Translations under genes and position numbers: made by a program
IMG/VR virus record: IMGVR_UViG_3300022752_000051
Direction: 5' to 3' (one strand)
Length of the DNA: 64,000 bases
Source: an uncultured virus (IMG/VR IMGVR_UViG_3300022752_000051)
Lineage: Duplodnaviria > Heunggongvirae > Uroviricota > Caudoviricetes
Notes under the pieces: model-generated
What the model was told of the DNA's origin: nothing
Seen by the model: only the letters and a program-made list of their open reading frames with translations
The model's database searches: none
Shown: one piece after another, positions 50,980-61,200 of the stretch
How the letters are laid out: every line of letters starts with the position of its first letter
Numbering within the stretch: the first letter of the stretch is position 1

Positions 50980-51096
50980 TTACTTTTTGTTGTAATATTT
51001 CTGAATTGTTTTTTTGATTGATTCTTGTACAGGTTTAGATTGTCCTTGATTAACTGGACTTTGAGATAAGTTCGTATTTTTTTTACAACCACACAT
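50980..51096 (-). CDS. 38-aa MCGCKK microprotein (absent from ORF track)
   Basis: MCGCKKNTNLSQSPVNQGQSKPVQESIKKTIQKYYNKK*; TATTTAT at 51111-17 on the minus strand. Confidence 0.65.
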   Translation of the reverse strand: MCGCKKNTNLSQSPVNQGQSKPVQESIKKTIQKYYNKK

Positions 51097-51186
51097 AGTT
51101 TTTTTTTCATATAAATATCAATTAGTTGAGTTTTGTACAACTGTATTTGATATTTATTTAATGAGAAAAAATAATATTTTTATTGT

Positions 51187-51930
51187 ATGAATGAATACAA
51201 AAATCTAGAAATAGATGATTATAAAGATCTAGAAACCGACTGGTTTTTAAAAAAACCTATAGATTTAGAACATAAAGAATATGTTTTGAATTATTTTTTG
51301 AAACGGGTTGAGGAGAGTTTATCTGGGGGTGAAATATATCCTTTTTTTTCGTTAGTTTCTCTGCATTTATGTTCTTTGGGACATTATGCTAAAACAGGTA
51401 AAATTTTAAAACTCAAAAAGAAAATTATAGATTTTGACACGGAAATTTCCATAGAGGATCTCAAAGAATATAAACCAAGAGTAAAAATGAGTGATCGTGA
51501 TATTGAGGAAATAAAAAAGATAGTTAAGTATGGGCAAGAAAAACTGACACAATATTTTACGGTATGTAAAACGATCTGGCAATTCACATTCGAAGCGACA
51601 TCAGTCAAATTAAGAAAAGTTGGATCTGATGTACAAGACAAATTTTTATTCTTATACAAAGACATATACAATAAAGAATTCACACTCTGGGAGTTTCAAT
51701 ACAGAAAAGTAAAAAATCACAGAAAACTGATCATCAACAAAATAGTTACTGAAAAATTAAATCACTTCGATGTAATGGACAATTTATCTGAAAGTGATCA
51801 ATATAAAACTCTATCGATTGTTGAAGGGTTTTCCACACAAAATCTACCAATAGAAAATACTTTATTACCTTTGTTCAAAAGAAAAATACAGATAATTTTT
51901 CAAAAGAGTTTAGCACAAAACAATGGGTAG
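51187..51930 (+). CDS. hypothetical protein
   Basis: 247 aa, WFLKKPIDLEHKEYVL; TATTTAT at 51151-57. Confidence 0.7.
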   Translation: MNEYKNLEIDDYKDLETDWFLKKPIDLEHKEYVLNYFLKRVEESLSGGEIYPFFSLVSLHLCSLGHYAKTGKILKLKKKIIDFDTEISIEDLKEYKPRVKMSDRDIEEIKKIVKYGQEKLTQYFTVCKTIWQFTFEATSVKLRKVGSDVQDKFLFLYKDIYNKEFTLWEFQYRKVKNHRKLIINKIVTEKLNHFDVMDNLSESDQYKTLSIVEGFSTQNLPIENTLLPLFKRKIQIIFQKSLAQNNG

Positions 51931-52111
51931 TCCAAAAAAAGTTTTAGATAAAGAAAAAATCAAAAATTATTTGTCTGCTGGGTACTCACTCAAAAGCATA
52001 TTTAATAATTTATGTCTACAGTTTGATGACATGGAGTCTTTACAAATATTCAAAGAGTTTGAAAGTGGATCAACAGAAAATCAAATAATCAAAAAGTTTT
52101 TTGACATTTGA
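51923..52111 (+). CDS. hypothetical protein
   Basis: 62-aa coupled ORF. Confidence 0.6.
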   Translation: MGSPKKVLDKEKIKNYLSAGYSLKSIFNNLCLQFDDMESLQIFKEFESGSTENQIIKKFFDI

Positions 52112-52131
52112 ATTATCTTTGATTATATTTG
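52100..52131 (+). promoter_or_regulatory. Bacteroidota-type promoter
   Basis: TTTG at 52100-03, 20-nt spacer, TATATTTG at 52124-31. Confidence 0.7.
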
Positions 52132-52143
52132 AAGAAAAAAACT

Positions 52144-52359
52144 ATGAAGACTGTTTTAAATACCTCAACTCAAGAGATCAAAAGGTTGGATGACCGCAAG
52201 GCGGAAACTTTGGTAAAAGGCACAAGTTCTCCTTGGCAATACGTACCAAAAAAAGAATGGAAAGAAAAGGTACGTGATGTTAAAAAAAATGAACCTAAAA
52301 ACGAAAAAAATGATACAGATAAATCTAACAGAGGAAGAAATTCTAAAAAATCCAAATGA
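52144..52359 (+). CDS. small basic hypothetical protein
   Basis: EIKRLDD..AE.LV....WQYVPKKEWKEKVR; ATG at 52144. Confidence 0.65.
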   Translation: MKTVLNTSTQEIKRLDDRKAETLVKGTSSPWQYVPKKEWKEKVRDVKKNEPKNEKNDTDKSNRGRNSKKSK

Positions 52360-52630
52360 TTCTGATTTGGGTGGGTACATTCGAAAAAAATATTTTGATA
52401 AAAAAACAAATATGGAACAAATTAATTCAAAACTTTTGGAGAAAAAAAACCTTGATAAAGTTCTTGGTAAACTTAGACAACCATGTCATGTTGATTTTAT
52501 TTCTTCACTCCTCAAAGTCGATAATGCTCAAACTTTAATGGTAATTAATTATTTGGTTGAAAATGATTTAATTGTTGAAAGTCCCTCATATCCTGGTTAT
52601 TATTCTACTGTAAAAAATTATAAAAAATGA
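52310..52630 (+). CDS. hypothetical protein, possible winged-helix C-terminal part
   Basis: EILKNPNDSDLGGYIR then LRQPCHVDFIS...YLVENDLIVES..PGYY. Start uncertain (52310 or 52412). Confidence 0.55.
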   Translation: MIQINLTEEEILKNPNDSDLGGYIRKKYFDKKTNMEQINSKLLEKKNLDKVLGKLRQPCHVDFISSLLKVDNAQTLMVINYLVENDLIVESPSYPGYYSTVKNYKK

Positions 52631-53886
52631 GTATAACAGCAGAATATATTTGGTTGGATGGTTACAGTCCAGAACCGAATCTCAGAAGTAAGGTTAAAAT
52701 AATTCGTGAATGGAAAGGAAATCCGGGAGATGTTAATTTTTTTCCTGAGTGGTCTTTTGACGGTTCATCAACTCAACAAGCGGATGGTCACTTTTCAGAT
52801 AGAATTTTAAAACCTGTTCGAGTAATACCCAATCCATTCGATAAAACTTTGTATGATAAAAGTTATTTAGTTCTATGTGAGGTAATGAATCCTGATGGAA
52901 CACCGCATGAAAGTAATTTAAGAAATTTGTTACCCGATGTTGATCAAACATGGTATGGTTTTGAACAAGAGTATACCATCATCAAAGATGGTCGACCACT
53001 TGGATTTCCAATGAATGGGTATCCACAACCGCAAGGAAAATACTATTGTGGTGTTGGTAGTAATCAAGTCCATGGTAGGAGATTTGTTGAAGAACATATG
53101 AAATTATGTTTATGGGCAGGATTGGATATAACAGGCATCAATGCGGAAGTATTATTGGGACAATGGGAATTTCAAATCTTTGGTGATAGTTCCAAAAGAG
53201 CTGCGGATGATCTGTGGATAGCTAGATATATTCTACAGAGACTATCTGAAAATTGGGGATATACTATCGAGTTTCACCCAAAACCAGTAGTGGGCGATTG
53301 GAATGGAAGTGGGTTACATTGTAATTTTTCAACCAAAAAAATGAGAGAAGAAGGTGGAGAAAAATACTTTAAATCAATTTTTTCAGCATTCGAAAACAGA
53401 CATGACATTCATATTGAAAATTACGGTTCATCAAATGAATTGAGACTCACAGGTAAACACGAAACCCAATCAATTGATAAGTTCAGTTGGGGTATTTCAG
53501 ACCGAGGAGCATCCATAAGAGTCCCAATACAAACTGCAAAAGAATGGAAGGGATATCTTGAAGATAGAAGACCCGCTTCAAATGCTGATCCTTATAAAAT
53601 TACAAAGGTTATTCTAGATACACTCAAAATCGCTGAACAATTAAATGTTGTCCATAAACACATGTATTACGAAGGAAAGTATGAACATGTTGATACCAAA
53701 TTTTCAACACTATCGAATGAAGAACTTTTGTCTGATTATAGAAATGAAGATACAAACGAATACGACACTTGTGTAATTTGTGGTATTAAAACAAGACAAC
53801 CTAAGTCAGCTCATATTGATACTCGTGTAGGATATATCGAAGGTGGTGGGCAAGGTTGTGATGGATCCTGTGGTACATTCAAATGA
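52627..53886 (+). CDS. glnII: glutamine synthetase type II with C-terminal Cys-rich extension
   Basis: AEYIWLDG, WSFDGSST, GFEQEY, PQGKYYCGVG, GINAEV..GQWEFQ, GDWNGSG.H, RLTGKHET, RGASIRVP and YLEDRRPASNADPY. Confidence 0.92.
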   Translation: MSITAEYIWLDGYSPEPNLRSKVKIIREWKGNPGDVNFFPEWSFDGSSTQQADGHFSDRILKPVRVIPNPFDKTLYDKSYLVLCEVMNPDGTPHESNLRNLLPDVDQTWYGFEQEYTIIKDGRPLGFPMNGYPQPQGKYYCGVGSNQVHGRRFVEEHMKLCLWAGLDITGINAEVLLGQWEFQIFGDSSKRAADDLWIARYILQRLSENWGYTIEFHPKPVVGDWNGSGLHCNFSTKKMREEGGEKYFKSIFSAFENRHDIHIENYGSSNELRLTGKHETQSIDKFSWGISDRGASIRVPIQTAKEWKGYLEDRRPASNADPYKITKVILDTLKIAEQLNVVHKHMYYEGKYEHVDTKFSTLSNEELLSDYRNEDTNEYDTCVICGIKTRQPKSAHIDTRVGYIEGGGQGCDGSCGTFK

Positions 53887-53893
53887 TTTGATT

Positions 53894-54121
53894 ATGGAAA
53901 ACAAGGAAATGGTAAATCACCCATCTCATTATGGTGGAGCTGAAAATGTCTACGAAGCAATCAAAGTAATTGAAGCGTGGGAATTAGATTTCCATCTTGG
54001 AAACACTGTCAAGTATATTTCAAGAGCAGGTAAAAAGAATCAAGAAAAAGAATTAGAAGATCTTCTAAAAGCAAAATGGTACTTAGACAGGAAGATTGAA
54101 AATCTAAAAAAATCTAAATGA
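53894..54121 (+). CDS. DUF3310 (SaV-like / T7 gp1.7-like) protein
   Basis: VNHPSHY, FHLGNTVKYISRAGKK and EDLLKAKWYL. Confidence 0.9.
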   Translation: MENKEMVNHPSHYGGAENVYEAIKVIEAWELDFHLGNTVKYISRAGKKNQEKELEDLLKAKWYLDRKIENLKKSK

Positions 54122-54135
54122 TTATTTGGTTTTTT

Positions 54136-55230
54136 TTAGTTACAAGCACCATCTATTTGACGTAAATATGCTTGGTTTTCCAAACCAAGTATACTTGATA
54201 CAGTACTAGTTGGTACAAATCCTTGATATGAGTAGATGTAAACCCAGTCAGGGTAGGCTGATGGTTTGTAAAATCTTAATTTTATATCACCATCTGATGA
54301 TCTACTATTCCCACTTGATCTGGGATAGTTTGTTACAACACCTATTTGACCCGGAGCACCAAAAGCTGGTACAGGTGTACCCCAAGGAAAATTACCTGGA
54401 TTATATTGTGCGCCCCAATTGTTATCTCGGTCAACTCTAGTCATGGCTAAAAAACTATTTTCTACATCAGTAAAACCACTCGTTAAACAATAATCTGTGT
54501 AACGTCCTCGTGCTGGGGCTCTCCACGATTGTGATGATCCACAAGCTTTACTACAATTTTCCCATACGATGGCTTGACGACCTCTCCAGTAATCTTTTAC
54601 ATCATTACGGAAATGCCTCAAACCCTCACCAACAAATAGTGAATCACAAACTTTAGTCATACCAGCTTGACCACCAGAAGCACCGTTATAATCCCACCAA
54701 ATTTGAAATCTATTTGGACGCCAAAACGCACTAAATGTAAAATCTATATCACCAACACTAGTACCTACATGTACTTTTATTCTTTGGATTTCTTGACTTT
54801 GATAATAATGAAAAACTATTGGATTATCCCAAGTCAAACAATTTGTTGGTTGACATCTGTCATACAAAGTAGCTTCCTCTCCGTCAGAAGTAATTCCATT
54901 ACATGGAAAACAAGTTCTATCTATAGCACAAGGAAAACGTTGTATACATAAATTACAACTTGGTACAGCTGTAAAAATATATTGACTATCAGGTTCGAAT
55001 GCATTTGGATCATAATTAAGTGCTGGGGCCGCTCCGTTCAAATTATAACATTGTAATATACCTCGGTATAATGAGGGTACACTAGTATTACCAGTCCATA
55101 GAAAGGTGATATTATTAAAAGCTTGAGTAGTTGGATCTATATTACATCCAAAATTAAGTAAAACATTTTCAATTTTAATTTCGGGTTGACAACAAAGTTC
55201 AAGACTACATTGATAGGTATTACAAGCCAT
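54136..55230 (-). CDS. Cys-rich putative virion protein
   Basis: N-terminal CC module like the neighbouring giant protein; co-oriented 4 nt downstream of it. Confidence 0.7.
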   Translation of the reverse strand: MACNTYQCSLELCCQPEIKIENVLLNFGCNIDPTTQAFNNITFLWTGNTSVPSLYRGILQCYNLNGAAPALNYDPNAFEPDSQYIFTAVPSCNLCIQRFPCAIDRTCFPCNGITSDGEEATLYDRCQPTNCLTWDNPIVFHYYQSQEIQRIKVHVGTSVGDIDFTFSAFWRPNRFQIWWDYNGASGGQAGMTKVCDSLFVGEGLRHFRNDVKDYWRGRQAIVWENCSKACGSSQSWRAPARGRYTDYCLTSGFTDVENSFLAMTRVDRDNNWGAQYNPGNFPWGTPVPAFGAPGQIGVVTNYPRSSGNSRSSDGDIKLRFYKPSAYPDWVYIYSYQGFVPTSTVSSILGLENQAYLRQIDGACN

Positions 55231-55234
55231 GTTT

Positions 55235-58200
55235 TTAACGTTTATTAAATTTTATACCATAAGATTGATTGAAACTAAAATTCCAATTTCTTGTACCGGG
55301 ACAATTAGTAATAGGTGTAACTGTGAAATTAAAAACGGTTTGATTTGAAAGTATTGAAGTATTAGTAATAGTAAAAGATCTAGATCTTGAACTAAATGAA
55401 TCAAATATTTCAATAATCACATTATTACCTAAATTGTTTAAAAAATTGAACAAATCACCACCATTTGTTGAATACCTACTGACGGATATATTTTGTATAA
55501 AACAAGAATTTTGGGCACAACTAAAATAATTTTGTTGTAATGTTGAAGTATTAGTAAAATACCAACGATAGATAGGTAGCGGTGTTGGTGTCGGTGTGGT
55601 TGTTGTGGTTGGAGTTAAACTAGGTAATGGTGGGTTACAAACAGTACAACCTGTATATTGATAGAAGCCAATGTAACCGTTTCTATTGTTTGGATATGTG
55701 TAATCATGATTATAAAGACCATATTCTGAAGGACTAACAACAGGCTGAACAAATTCATCAAAATACAAACAACAATATGTTAAACCTAAATTGTCTACAG
55801 TGTAATTCAAAGATACCCAAATATAATTTGTATTCAAAATAGTCCCAGTATAAATAATATTATCTGTACAACAATCTCTTAGTACAACACACACTTCTTC
55901 AGAAAAACCAACATCATTACAACCACAAGAATTAGCAATTAGTCTTGGTACATTATTTCCTAAGGTTGTTAAATTAAATACCGTGTCACCCGGTATATCG
56001 TCTTGAGACATACCTTTCCATCCACCATACACACTGATTGGATTTTGTAAATTTGGAACTATTAACGGATAATCTAGATTTGTGCAAGGAGCATTTACTA
56101 CAACACTGTACCAAGCCCACCACTGAAATGGATTTACAGTGCAAGCCGAGTAAGCAACACCAGCATAATTTGGTGGTATAGGTGAACCAATGACCGTAGC
56201 ACCTACTTGAGGTACACTGGGACCACCACAATAAGGAATAATCCAACTTTCTTGTCCAGACATTTCGGATAGATACCTTACTAAAGGTAGACATTCTACC
56301 CCAGAACTACATCCATAATAACACCCGCACTGATTTATTGTAGATTGGAAAACTAATAGTCTTGAGAAAACATCGTTTGTTGGTGAACCAGATATAAAGA
56401 TTGGGGTGTAATAAGCACAAATTGTAAAATTGTCAGCATCAAATTGATCATCAACGGTCATTACAAAATTTCCTCTATCACAATTTGTATAAATAAAAGT
56501 TACTGTCTCTCCAGGGTCCAATAAGTTTGTAAATTGCCACTCTAAACAACTACCAACTGGTTCTGGTAAGTTAGGGATTGGATTCGAACAAATTTGAGTT
56601 AAAGTTGGTTGCGTTTTAACAAAAGCACCAGCAGTTCCAGTAATTATTGTTGGAACTTCTAAACTACAGATAAAATATGTACCTTGGAATAACGTAGTTG
56701 AATACTGACTTCGACTTATTTCATCACATTTTACAATAGTTAAATTTGTAATAGACCCATTTTGTGGAACAAAAACTTCCCAAGTAAAACAAACTCGGTT
56801 TGTACAATCCTCTGAAAGTTTTACAACACAAGCGGCATCTTCACAATTTGGAGCTAATGTAAATGTGGGTTTCTCACAAGCACAAATAGTGAATCTAGTT
56901 TCAGGAATGTAAGATGTTGTATACCCAAGATCAGATCCAGTAAGATATACAGTTTGATCAAAACAATTACGAAATACAATTTCTTGTACACAACCTTGAA
57001 ATGGAATACCTGGACTTCCTTGTTGAACTGTTACCAAAAATTGGGAACATGGAAAACATAAAAGACACCTCCCACCTTGATTTATAGTAGCGTAATTCGA
57101 TGGACATATAATTGTACACTGTAAATCACAACAAAGAATAGGTGTCTCTAATGCACAAATGACTAATTCTTGGGGACTTACAAGTGTATTCCCAAGAGTA
57201 AATTGTGCTACTTGATTAAAACCTGGAAGTTGTCCCGGATTAAGGTAATTTATTATTTGAGTATTATTATCACAATCAATATATTTTATACCCCATATAT
57301 CAGGAGACACAATTGTAATTATGTATTCTCTACATTCTCTATTACCAGTTGATGATGGTGTCTGTGTAACCGTCATACTCGGTGTTTGTGTAACCGTACT
57401 TGAAGGTGTTGGTGTATTTGTAGATGTGGATGTCGTTGTGTTTGTTGGTGTGTTTGAAGTTGTAGGTGTCGGGGTCAATGTAGATGTTGTACTAGGACTT
57501 GCGGTCAAAGTAGTTGTAGGACTTGCGGTCAAAGTAGTTGTAGGACTTGCGGTCAAAGTGGTTGTTGGAGTTGATGGGGGTGTTGATGTCGGTGTTTGTG
57601 TATTCGTACTTGTTGGTGTTAAAGTTGGTGTTGGTGTTAAACAATATATTTCATTACACCCAGGATTTACGGAGTCTATTGTCCAAAGTGATCCTTGACC
57701 TTGACCTTGTGGTTGTGAACATGAACATATACAATATCTTGTAGCTGGTGAATTTGTTGGTAACCAATAAGAAACAATATTTCCACTATCACAGTCTCTT
57801 ATTTGCAAGAAACGAACTCTATCAGCTACTAAAATATCAATTACGTAGGTTGAACAAGCACATCTTGATGGTGTGACTGTTGGTGTGGTAGTATATGTTG
57901 GTGTTTGTGTTGTCGTTTGAGTATTGGTTATGGTATTGGTAGGTGTTTGTGTATTGGTTATGGTATTGGTAGGTGTTTGTGTATTTGTATTTGTTGGTGA
58001 TATTGTATTTGTTGGTGATATTGTATTTGTTGGTGATATTGTATTTGTTGGAGTTTCTGTAGTTGTAGGTGTTGAAGTATTCGTAGGTGTATTTGTTGGA
58101 GTTTCTGATGGTGTGGATGTTGGTGTGGTTGTATTTCTAGGTGATCCAGTTGGTTCAGCAGTTCCTGTTTGAGTTGGTGTTGCGGTAAGTGTCGTTGTTG

Positions 58201-61200
58201 TTGTAGGTGTAGGTGTTGTTGTTGTTGTAGGTGTAGGTGATGGAGTAGTTGGTGGAGTTTCGGTAGGTGTTTGAGTATTTGTTACTGAAGGACTTACAGA
58301 ACTTGTAGGCGTGTTTGTTTGTGAAGGACTAATTGTGTTTGTTGGTGTTGGTGTTGATGTTTGAGTTGGTGAAACACTTGAAGATGGAGATTGAGTAGGT
58401 GAGTTCGTTTGTGATATTGTATTTGTTGGTGTGACACTTTGAGTTTTTGTTGCCGAGGGTGTTGGATCTGTTACACAGGTTGGATAATCTTCTCTGATTG
58501 AAATACAATTTTGTGGACCACCGATAGGTGTGAAAGTTGCAGAACAAGCACAAATACTTATGGAGTATCCAATTGGAAAATATGGATTAGGTTGTGTTGG
58601 GGTCAAGTTTACTAAATTATTATCACAATTTGTGTATCGGATGGAAGAAATATTACAATCAGAAACTAGTTCAATAAAATAAGTTTTACAAGCACACCTA
58701 GTAGTTGATGGTGTTGGGGTGAAAGTTGGACTTGTCGTTGGTGTTGGACTATTTGTTGGTGTAAATGTATTAGTTGGTGTGGCGCTTAATGTTGTTGTAC
58801 TTGTTGGACTTTGTGTTTGTGAATTAGTGATAGTATTTGTCGGTGTTTGTGAATTAGTGATAGTATTTGTCGGTGTTTGTGTATTTGTCGGTGTTTGTGT
58901 GTTTGTTGAAGTATTTGTTGGTGTTGGGGTATTTGTTGGAGTTTCTGTAGTTGGAGGTGTTGAAGTATTCGTAGGTGTATTTGTTGGAGTTTCTGATGGT
59001 GTGGATGTTGGTGTGGTTGTATTTCTAGGTGATCCAGTTGGTTCAGCGGTTTCTGTATTCGTTTGTGTTGGTGTATTTGTTGGTGTTTCTGTTGGTGTAA
59101 ACGTATTTGATGGCGTATTTGTTGGAGTTTCTGTTGGAGTTAATGTTGATGTTACAGTAGAACTTATTGTATTCGTTGGAGTATTTGTAGAAGTTTTTGT
59201 TGTTGTATTTGTTGGTGTTGTTGTATTTGTTGGTGTTGGTGTAGGTTGACAGTAATTTCCACATTGTGAACCTGTGGTAATAGTTGGGGCAATTCCCGCC
59301 AGATCTGGATAGTTCTTCGAACAAATACTGATAGTTTGTCCATTACTTAAATTATTGATTCTCGGAATATTTGAACAATCAGTATAACCAATGGTAATAG
59401 TACCTCTTGCGGTAATTGTATATTCAAAACAAGGTGGACACGTAACTGTTGGTGTCTGTGTAACTGTTGGTGTCTGTGTAACATCCGCTGTCTGTGGTGG
59501 AGTACCAGTATTACTTACAGTTTGTGTTGGAGAAACTGATGGTGTTGTAGTATTTGTTGGTGTTACTGATGGTGTTGTAGTACTTGTTGGAGTTTCTGTA
59601 GTTGGAGGCGTTGAAGTATTCGTAGGTGTATTTGTTGGAGTTTCTGATGGTGTGGATGTTGGTGTGGTTGTACTTCTAGGTGATCCAGTTGGTTCAGCGG
59701 TTTCTGTTTGAGTAGGTGTTGCTGTAAGCGTTTCAGTAGTAGTTGGTGTGAATGTATTTGTTGGGGTTTGAGTCGGACTAGTTGTTAAAGTCGGAGTATT
59801 TGTTGGGCAAGATGCTGGAACACATTCTTCGTTAGTAAGTATAATTGTGATTGGATAGGGTGAGATCCCATCTCCGTAACCAACGGGTACTGAACATGAA
59901 CAGAAACAAATCTGAAAATTTCTAGGAAAAACTCCACTTACCGTGTACTGATAACCATATATTTGTTGAGGTAGATTATTACAATCTGTATATTCTATTA
60001 TTGTAATATTGTTGTTTATAGCATCTGCATTTACTGTTACAGAATAAGTTTTACAAGAACATCTTGTTTGTGTAGGTGTAAATGTCGGAGATTGACTTGG
60101 TGATAAAGATATTGATGGCGAAAGAGTTAGTGTGTTAGTTGGTGTCGGAGTTGGTGAACTTGTTCTTGTCGGTGTCAATGTTGGACATGGTACACATCTA
60201 TCACATATATTATCGAAAATATCTGTCGTTCTAAAGTCATAAGGTAAATTTATAAGATCACCTATCAACCAACATTGTCCATTGTACACAACACCTGTAG
60301 ACGTTGTAATGTTCAAACCAGTTGGTATTGACACAACAATCGTTGTTCCAAAAATTACACAACAGTTTTGTGCAATGTAATTTGAAAAAACTAATGTTTC
60401 TGTTGGACTTACGGTTGGAGTTGTCGTATTAGATGGAGTTGTAGTTATTGTTGGTGTAGATGTTGGAAATGTTAGACATCCAGGACCAATTTCAGAAAAA
60501 TAACCTCTGGGAGTTTCACAAGTCCCTTGGAAAGCTGGCACAGAACACGAACATATGTAATAACTCCAGTTTAATGGAAAAAATGTTAAGTTTAATAAAG
60601 ATTGTGCTTCAAGTACTATTAAAGTTCCAGAACAATCGGTATAACGAATTCTTGTCACACAATTTATTTTGGTAACTTCTATGTAATAAGTTTTACAACT
60701 ACAAGATGTTTTTGTTGGGGTTGGGGTCGGAGTATTCTGTGGGGCACCAGTATCGGATGGTGTGTTTGTTGGTGTTTCAGTTGGTGGTGGTGTTGGTAAA
60801 TCTGTACCTGTTGGTGGTGGTGTTGGTGTTTCTGAATTTGTTGGTGTATTGGTAGGTGTTGGAGTATTTGTTTCAGGATTTGTTCTTGTTGGTGATAAAG
60901 ACAATGTAGGCGTTGTGGTAGGTGTTATTGTTGTAGTCGGCGTAGGTTGTGGACATGGTGAACCAATACTTTGACTACAAATGTTCGGTATTATTGAGGT
61001 GTATCGTATGTTGTAAGTCGTGAAATCTGTGGGTTCAATTATGTAATACCTGAAACCTTCAAAAACAACACCATCAACATTAAAATTGATGATAATACCG
61101 CTTGGAAGACTAATTACAATTGATTGAACAACATCTTCACAACAATTTTCAGCAATATAATTTATAAAAGTTGTTGTTGAGGTTGGTGTGTTCGGTGGTG

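Noticed and set aside
58041..59698. Diversity-generating retroelement TR/VR pair
   Set aside because: The few mismatches do involve A on the coding strand, but that strand is very A-rich. All copies lie in low-complexity linkers and no reverse transcriptase is in the window.
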